A DNA stretch of 32,211 nt. It comes from a virus (lineage: Duplodnaviria > Caudoviricetes). Shown here one piece after another: positions 26,754 to 32,211 of the stretch. The position numbers and the translations under genes are program-made. How positions within the stretch are numbered: the stretch's first letter is position 1; every line of letters starts with the position of its first letter. The DNA is taken from IMG/VR virus record IMGVR_UViG_3300008110_006966, positions 1 to 32,211 of that record; one strand, given 5' to 3'. The notes below the pieces were generated by a model, which was not told the origin of the DNA, did no database searches, and saw nothing but the letters and a program-made list of their open reading frames with translations.

Positions 26754-27426
26754 TGTATGGGATACATTAATAGGTATACAAAATTTATTAGAAGAAAAAT
26801 TTAATGAAACAGGAACAGAAATACATGAGCCTGGTATGGATCGTTTTAATCAGCCTGGCTGGGTCAATCGCGTATGGAATAGCGATCGTTATCGCAGAGC
26901 ACACATAGATGTAGTTGATGCTAGAGATACAAAAGGTCTTTGGATGATGCATTGTTGTATTTTCCCGCATCTTCATAATCCTGCCCCAATCTATGGGTTT
27001 GATGTGATTGCCGGTAAACACAAAATTACTGGTTGTTTTCATGACTTTAGCCCAGCAGGAGATCATGAGCATCCTTTAATAGATTGGTTTGCCAGCGAAG
27101 CTGCTAAACTGCAATGGAACAAGACTAGAAAATTACCCGACTGGGCTGAACGTATTTTTACTGGCAGTATGGTTGCAGCAGGTAATGTCCAGGACGATCA
27201 AGAACTTGCTCAAATTTTTAATTTTGCTAATCTTAGTATTAAACATTATCTAAGTGCCGTAGCAGAAACTAATTTTACACATAAAAATACTACTAGTAAT
27301 CAAAACTACTACTGCGAAAATCAAAAACAGAATCCGCATACTCCTAAAGTAATGGCAAGTTTAGGGCTTAATGAAGAAGATGTACGTATTTTTATACAGG
27401 ATTGTCTGTTCCCTGAAATACGCTAA
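26746..27426 (+). CDS. pcyX: ferredoxin-dependent bilin reductase, PcyX-type
   Basis: RRAHID, MMHCCIFP, PIYGFDVIAG, DFSP, LPDWA.IF, QNYYCENQKQNPHT, LFP; residues D55/H69/D86. Confidence 0.85.
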   Translation: MNNVWDTLIGIQNLLEEKFNETGTEIHEPGMDRFNQPGWVNRVWNSDRYRRAHIDVVDARDTKGLWMMHCCIFPHLHNPAPIYGFDVIAGKHKITGCFHDFSPAGDHEHPLIDWFASEAAKLQWNKTRKLPDWAERIFTGSMVAAGNVQDDQELAQIFNFANLSIKHYLSAVAETNFTHKNTTSNQNYYCENQKQNPHTPKVMASLGLNEEDVRIFIQDCLFPEIR

Positions 27427-27436
27427 ATATTAAACT

Positions 27437-28864
27437 ATGCGAGCATTAGAATTTATTAAAGAATCTGAAGGTGGAATTATCCGGCGTGGACAAGAGGTTT
27501 CACAAGGCAAAACTATAACCTTCGCTAAAGGTGATCAACAGATCAATCTAGTCGGTACAACAGTATTACCAGCGAACGAACTACGTTATGATGTACAAGA
27601 TGATCTTAGAGCTTCTTTAAAAGATACGCTGGCAGCAAACGGCAACCCGACTGTACTATACTATAGTCCAGTAAATCCAAAGTCTGGTGCTGCACTTATT
27701 ACAGTATGGCATGATCAAACTACTAATCAACGTTTGGCTTTTGTTAAGTTTGCCAACACTAAAAAAGCCGGTGCATTTCCTATTACTTGGACAAATGCTG
27801 ACTTTGGCCGTGACACTGGTTTCTCACAGATTAATAGTAAGATAGCAGAACGTGCTCAGTTTAAATTAAAACCTAATGAATTATTTCCTACAGATGTTGA
27901 TATTTCTATCACTGAGCTAGCAGGTACTGTAAAACAACGTACTGATCTTAGTCCAGAAATTAATCAACAGATTAAACAACTATTATCTAATGTTACTAAC
28001 GGTGATGATACACCAGTCGCTGGTGCTGATCAATATATAACAACTTACGAAGTTGACCTAGGAGAAAGTGCCGCACCTATTGCATTAGCTACCGGTAACT
28101 TTGTCAGTGGTAGCTACAAAGAAGCAGAATCTGCACTATTAACGCCCTTAGGACTGTCATGGCAAGATATTAACAGTGTTCTATTTCCGGGCGCAGGATC
28201 TAATTTATTATACGACAGTTATCTCCGTTTAACTGAAAATACAACTCTTAAAGTTAGTAGTAAAGATAAGAAGGGCGGGGCTGCTGCCGCAGTTACTGGT
28301 CTAGTTAAGGATATTGAAGAAAATCCAGCTCGTTTCTCTGGAATTACTAAAAACAAACAATATCAAGAAATATTAAAAATTATAAAAACAGTTGCTGACT
28401 ATAGTGCCAAAGACGGCCCAATACAGTTAGCAATACAATTTGGATTTATATCCTCAGAAGAAGGTCAACTAATTTTAAGTAAATTAGGTCAAGGTGAAAA
28501 ATTTAATCCTAAAGCATCGTGGGCTGCAACTCCTGGAATACAAATGGCCTTAAACAGAAAAGGTGCAAAGTTTACTGACCCAGCCTATGACATGGGATAT
28601 CATGTATTGGCTGGTGTTGCAGAATTAATTGCTGATCATTTAAACAAAATGCCTGGCATTAGTAACTTCTTCAAAGCTGTACTAGAACGTAGTACAATGA
28701 TACAGGTTAAATCTGCCATGAAAAAAGGCCAAGGCGGTGCCAACTTTAATAATTTTAATGTCATCTATCCTCCTGTGTTTAATGGAGTTATCAAAGTTGT
28801 AGCAGGTAATAATTATATGGCTACACGTAAACCTATTGGTAAGATTAGTTTCAAAGTACCATAA
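27437..28864 (+). CDS. large hypothetical protein with possible PD-(D/E)XK-like nuclease domain
   Basis: 475 aa; LGE..API...FP....LYDSY....KVSSK pattern; late motif 7 nt before the ATG. Confidence 0.6.
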   Translation: MRALEFIKESEGGIIRRGQEVSQGKTITFAKGDQQINLVGTTVLPANELRYDVQDDLRASLKDTLAANGNPTVLYYSPVNPKSGAALITVWHDQTTNQRLAFVKFANTKKAGAFPITWTNADFGRDTGFSQINSKIAERAQFKLKPNELFPTDVDISITELAGTVKQRTDLSPEINQQIKQLLSNVTNGDDTPVAGADQYITTYEVDLGESAAPIALATGNFVSGSYKEAESALLTPLGLSWQDINSVLFPGAGSNLLYDSYLRLTENTTLKVSSKDKKGGAAAAVTGLVKDIEENPARFSGITKNKQYQEILKIIKTVADYSAKDGPIQLAIQFGFISSEEGQLILSKLGQGEKFNPKASWAATPGIQMALNRKGAKFTDPAYDMGYHVLAGVAELIADHLNKMPGISNFFKAVLERSTMIQVKSAMKKGQGGANFNNFNVIYPPVFNGVIKVVAGNNYMATRKPIGKISFKVP

Positions 28865-28880
28865 AACACTCGCAAAATTT

Positions 28881-28924
28881 TTGATTCGCTCCTACTTAAA
28901 TAAAATAAGTTGGGAGCGAATCAA
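28881..28924 (+). promoter_or_regulatory. SD-sequestering hairpin with late promoter at its apex
   Basis: TTGATTCGCTCC-TACTTA / TAAGT-TG-GGAGCGAATCAA arms; TAAATA 28897-28902; SD GGGAG in the 3' arm. Confidence 0.75.
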
Positions 28925-28926
28925 CT

Positions 28927-29733
28927 ATGAAGAACAAAATAACAATAATAACATTGATGGCTGCTATGTCTGGGTCTTTGGCCCAGACATATGATAGTAG
29001 CACACTAGTAGATACAAATAGCACTAGCACTAGTACCAGTACGGTCAATAGTAATAGCACTAGTACAAGTAATAATGTTAATGATACTACAGTTAACAGT
29101 ACAAGCACTAATACTAACATAAATCAAAATACCAGTACAAGTGTTAATACAAATAACAATATAAACAGTGGAACTCAAACATTTAATAACAATAATGTAA
29201 ACACTGGTGATATGACTAATCGTAACATTAATTCTACAACCAGTAATAATATAAACACAAATGTTAATTCTGGTGATATGACTAATCGTAATATCAATGA
29301 TAGTAATATAACACAGAAGGTTATACAACCTCCGCCGACTGCTATTGCTCCGGCAATGATGAGTGGCGGCAATAATGACTTATGTACTACTGGAACTAGT
29401 GGTGCTGTACAAACACAGATACTAGGTATCAGTAGTGGAGGTACAATACGTGATATGAATTGCGAAAGATTAAAGAACGCCAAGACACTTTATGATATGG
29501 GAATGAAAGTTGCTGCGGTGTCTATCATGTGTCAAGATCGTCGTGTGTTTGATGCTATGTGGAATGCTGGTACACCTTGTCCCTACGAGGGTGCAATTGG
29601 CGAGCAGGCTCGCGTGGCATGGAACGAAAATACTAACAAGTGGCCAAAATACGAGGAACCAAAGAGTGATGATTTCTATAAGAAAACTGGTTGGGGTGCT
29701 TTACTTGGCATCCTTCTTTTCAGTCTGTTCTAA
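28927..29733 (+). CDS. exported protein: signal peptide, Asn/Thr/Ser-rich repeats, Cys-containing domain, C-terminal hydrophobic tail
   Basis: MKNKITIITLMAAMSGSLA; PPPTAIAP, DLC, NCERLK, MCQD, GTPCP. Confidence 0.85.
   Translation: MKNKITIITLMAAMSGSLAQTYDSSTLVDTNSTSTSTSTVNSNSTSTSNNVNDTTVNSTSTNTNINQNTSTSVNTNNNINSGTQTFNNNNVNTGDMTNRNINSTTSNNINTNVNSGDMTNRNINDSNITQKVIQPPPTAIAPAMMSGGNNDLCTTGTSGAVQTQILGISSGGTIRDMNCERLKNAKTLYDMGMKVAAVSIMCQDRRVFDAMWNAGTPCPYEGAIGEQARVAWNENTNKWPKYEEPKSDDFYKKTGWGALLGILLFSLF
29204..29291 (+). repeat. 22-bp direct repeat pair at 66-bp period (coding GDMTNRN)
   Basis: CTGGTGATATGACTAATCGTAA at 29204 and 29270. Confidence 0.85.
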
Positions 29734-31117
29734 CGCTCAGGAATTAGATCCTTCACAGGTCTATACTACTAATAATTTAGTAGGTAATACTGGAAATGCC
29801 TGGTCCGGCTGTTATACCAACCAGGGTGGATCTTTCTGGGGAGGAACATCGGGTGGTCCTTGTCCAGGCTACGATTCCAGTACCGGGCAAATTATTTTTA
29901 GTTATGGCCAATATACTCTAAGTCAGACTATAGCCATTAATCAAGCATTAGCCAATGCTGGCACAGGTTTACAAATTAATGGTTATAATTATTCCTGGAG
30001 TGTAAAAAATTCTAACATCAACGGACAGCAACCAGGCGGGTTTGATCCTATCACCTACGTTGATGTTAATCTCTATAGTAATACAGGTTCATTATTAGTT
30101 AATGACAGATATAATTATGGTTATCATATTCCAAATTGGACTTCATTCTCTGGAACAAGAACATATGACAATCCCTACTCTTTATCGGCAGTAAGCAATA
30201 TACAATTAGCAGTTACTAGTCGAGACTCTGGATATTGGGCAGGACACTACGGGCCAGAATTTATGAATTTCAGTCTTAGTCTAAATTATAGTGTAGATCC
30301 TTGCGTTTCTAATCCTTTGTATAGTCCTAGTTGTTCAGGGTACGGCGCTGCCTTTGTAGCATCTCTAAATTCAAATACTGCCAGTACACCTACTGTAACT
30401 TATAACGCAGCTTCTGGTTATACTAATATAAATCTAGCACCTGATAGTACACGTACAGATCCTACTGTGCAAAATGCCGGTGGTGTTGAATTAACAACTT
30501 CAGGAGAATTAAGTGCTCCTGATGGCGTTCCTACTGTAACAAAAGAATCATCAAAAGAAAATAAAAAACAGCAACAACAGATAATATCAATGTCTAATTC
30601 TATAGCATTAAACACTATTGCTAAAAATGAAAAACGCGAACAAAGTATAATTAAAAATATTCAAGAACAGAGTTTGTTACAATCGGTAATTGAACAACAA
30701 AGTGTAGTAGAATCTATTTTAAGAGAACAAGCTGTACAAAAAAGAAATGACACAGGTACTTCAGAGACGGTTACTCAGCCGAGTAGTTCTACACAATCAG
30801 GACCTTTAAATTCTATAAATCAAAGTTCTAATCCTAAACCAGCAGATACATCCACTCAAACTACAGGGCCAACTGTAAATAAAAATGTACAACCAAATAC
30901 AGCAGCCGGCAACATGGACATTGCCGCAATAGCACAAACACCACAAGGATTTGAGTTGTACATGAATGGTATGCGCGATGGACAGTTTTACACACCTAAA
31001 GAAATTTATAAGGGACAGCGTACAGTGGATAATGCTAGAGCTGAACGTTTTTTAAATGGTAAGAGCGATGTTCTACATCAGATGATGATAGAACAACAGT
31101 ATAACATAGGAAATTAA
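29669..31117 (+). CDS. exported protein with putative carbohydrate-binding beta-sandwich and low-complexity stalk
   Basis: signal peptide from ATG 29669 (MISIRKLVGVLYLASFFSVCSNA); DSGYWAGHYGP; DPCVSNPLYSPSC; start uncertain. Confidence 0.75.
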   Translation: MISIRKLVGVLYLASFFSVCSNAQELDPSQVYTTNNLVGNTGNAWSGCYTNQGGSFWGGTSGGPCPGYDSSTGQIIFSYGQYTLSQTIAINQALANAGTGLQINGYNYSWSVKNSNINGQQPGGFDPITYVDVNLYSNTGSLLVNDRYNYGYHIPNWTSFSGTRTYDNPYSLSAVSNIQLAVTSRDSGYWAGHYGPEFMNFSLSLNYSVDPCVSNPLYSPSCSGYGAAFVASLNSNTASTPTVTYNAASGYTNINLAPDSTRTDPTVQNAGGVELTTSGELSAPDGVPTVTKESSKENKKQQQQIISMSNSIALNTIAKNEKREQSIIKNIQEQSLLQSVIEQQSVVESILREQAVQKRNDTGTSETVTQPSSSTQSGPLNSINQSSNPKPADTSTQTTGPTVNKNVQPNTAAGNMDIAAIAQTPQGFELYMNGMRDGQFYTPKEIYKGQRTVDNARAERFLNGKSDVLHQMMIEQQYNIGN

Positions 31118-31118
31118 T

Positions 31119-31742
31119 ATGAGTAACAAAAACATAGACGAACAAGTCGACAAATTAGAAGAAGCAGCAGAAAAATATGCTAGTGCTAACACTGTGATTA
31201 GTATTGGTGGATATGAGTTTACACCTGCTAAACTAATGATAGCTGGTACTATAGTCAGTACTATACTAGGTGGTCTTTATGGAGCATTTGAAGTGTATAA
31301 AGATTACATGGATATGAAAGATAAGATAGCAAACTATGTAGCACCTGACCTTAGCGAACTTGAAAAGAAATTAGAAGTTATTGAAGCTAGTGTAAACAAG
31401 AGTACAGAATATACACAGGATATTAAAAACGATTTAAAGAATGATATACGTCGTTTAGAAACTGTAGTCGAGAACGTAGAACGTAGTAGCAAAAGTGGGC
31501 TGCGTGATGCTGACCAAACAGTAAACAGCACTAAAAAAGAAGTTGATTCGGCTGTAAAAGAAATACGTAAAGAAAGCGACAACGCCATTAAAGATATACG
31601 TCGTTACAGTGATCAAACTATCAAAGAGATCAATCAAGAACTTACACGTAACCAAAAAGAAACACAACAAGAAATTAAACAACTACGACGGGAAATTGAC
31701 GATAAGATTAAAAAAGCCTTGGATAATCCTCTAGCCAATTAA
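31119..31742 (+). CDS. single-TM membrane-anchored coiled-coil protein
   Basis: TM LMIAGTIVSTILGGLYGAF, long heptad region, ends ALDNPLAN. Confidence 0.85.
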   Translation: MSNKNIDEQVDKLEEAAEKYASANTVISIGGYEFTPAKLMIAGTIVSTILGGLYGAFEVYKDYMDMKDKIANYVAPDLSELEKKLEVIEASVNKSTEYTQDIKNDLKNDIRRLETVVENVERSSKSGLRDADQTVNSTKKEVDSAVKEIRKESDNAIKDIRRYSDQTIKEINQELTRNQKETQQEIKQLRREIDDKIKKALDNPLAN

Positions 31743-31766
31743 TAAATAAAGTTTTAGGGACCTAAA

Positions 31767-32105
31767 ATGAAGACCTTGTTAGCTGCCATCTTACTGGCTA
31801 CCGTCACTCTAGCAGCTAACGCTGAACCTAGAAGCAGACAAGTTAAAGCCATGTGCGGAAGCTTTGAAGATGTAGAAGCAACTATGGAAAAATACGGAGA
31901 AAAGTTAGTTATAGCTACTCAAGCTCCTAATGAACTCACTGTTAATTTACTCTACGTAAATTTTGAAACACACACAAGTAGTTGGTTTATACACGATTTA
32001 CAAACAGACGAATATTGTATGATAGGTGTAGGCAAAGAAATTTATACACCTAAAGAAAGTCCGCTTAATAATTTAAGTATAGGAACTAGAGTAATTTATA
32101 AGTAA
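31767..32105 (+). CDS. exported hypothetical protein
   Basis: signal peptide MKTLLAAILLATVTLAANA; two Cys; ATAAATA upstream. Confidence 0.8.
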   Translation: MKTLLAAILLATVTLAANAEPRSRQVKAMCGSFEDVEATMEKYGEKLVIATQAPNELTVNLLYVNFETHTSSWFIHDLQTDEYCMIGVGKEIYTPKESPLNNLSIGTRVIYK

Positions 32106-32130
32106 GCCTGGTTAGTCCAGGCTTTTTTTT
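32104..32130 (+). terminator. rho-independent terminator
   Basis: AAGCCTGG-TTAGT-CCAGGCTT followed by a T run. Confidence 0.88.
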
Positions 32131-32140
32131 GGAGTAAAAT

Positions 32141-32211
32141 ATGTCATGGTTCTCGCACAAATCTAAACGTTACCCAACACCACCCTCTCCACCGGAGCCT
32201 TACCGTACTCC
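32141..32211 (+). CDS. 5' end of a gene truncated by the window edge (MSWFSHKSKRYPTPP...)
   Basis: SD GGAG 32131-32134 and ATG 32141; frame open to the end of the window. Confidence 0.55.
   Translation, partial: MSWFSHKSKRYPTPPSPPEPYRT

Noticed and set aside
29204-29291. 22-bp direct repeats with a 44-bp spacer as a mini-CRISPR
   Set aside because: Only two copies, 66-bp in-frame period encoding a peptide repeat, not palindromic, no cas genes in the window
921-31682. Minus-strand and nested ORFs in the track (e.g. 921..1208, 8574..8951, 17456..17821, 28896..29483, 14338..14568)
   Set aside because: Lie opposite or within well-supported genes, with no SD or motifs
1-32211. Stop-codon reassignment explaining the broken genes
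   Set aside because: TAA, TAG and TGA all end recognisable genes correctly, and the breaks are frame changes, not in-frame stops

Overview
AT-rich, densely coding, almost entirely + strand segment of a large T4-like/jumbo dsDNA phage genome (standard genetic code; no tRNA, rRNA, CRISPR or mobile element seen). The host is probably a betaproteobacterium, inferred from the bS21 C-terminus (QQLPKKLY). In order: small early genes; a late head/virion module with shared capsid-targeting-like N-termini, including a Pol-beta-type nucleotidyltransferase; PD-(D/E)XK exonuclease; beta-helix tail protein; class Ia RNR (nrdA/nrdB/glutaredoxin); PAAR; alpha/beta hydrolase; IscU/IscA; SleB-type hydrolase and lipoproteins; bS21; DEDDh exonuclease; DnaK; Hsp20; 2OG-Fe(II) oxygenase; PLP enzyme; ClpS; heme oxygenase plus PcyX; a nuclease-like protein; and a three-gene exported/membrane cluster. 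The best unexplained signals are: (1) a candidate -1 programmed frameshift (A10 run plus 13-bp hairpin, 6903-6947) that opens a start-less 105-codon frame; (2) ROSE-like RNA thermometers on both dnaK and hsp20; (3) late TAAATA promoters placed inside hairpin loops or giving near-leaderless mRNAs; (4) three genes broken into the +1 frame, with nrdA lacking about 71 nt including a catalytic cysteine (an assembly artefact is not excluded). All calls come from manual motif recognition; no database searches were run.
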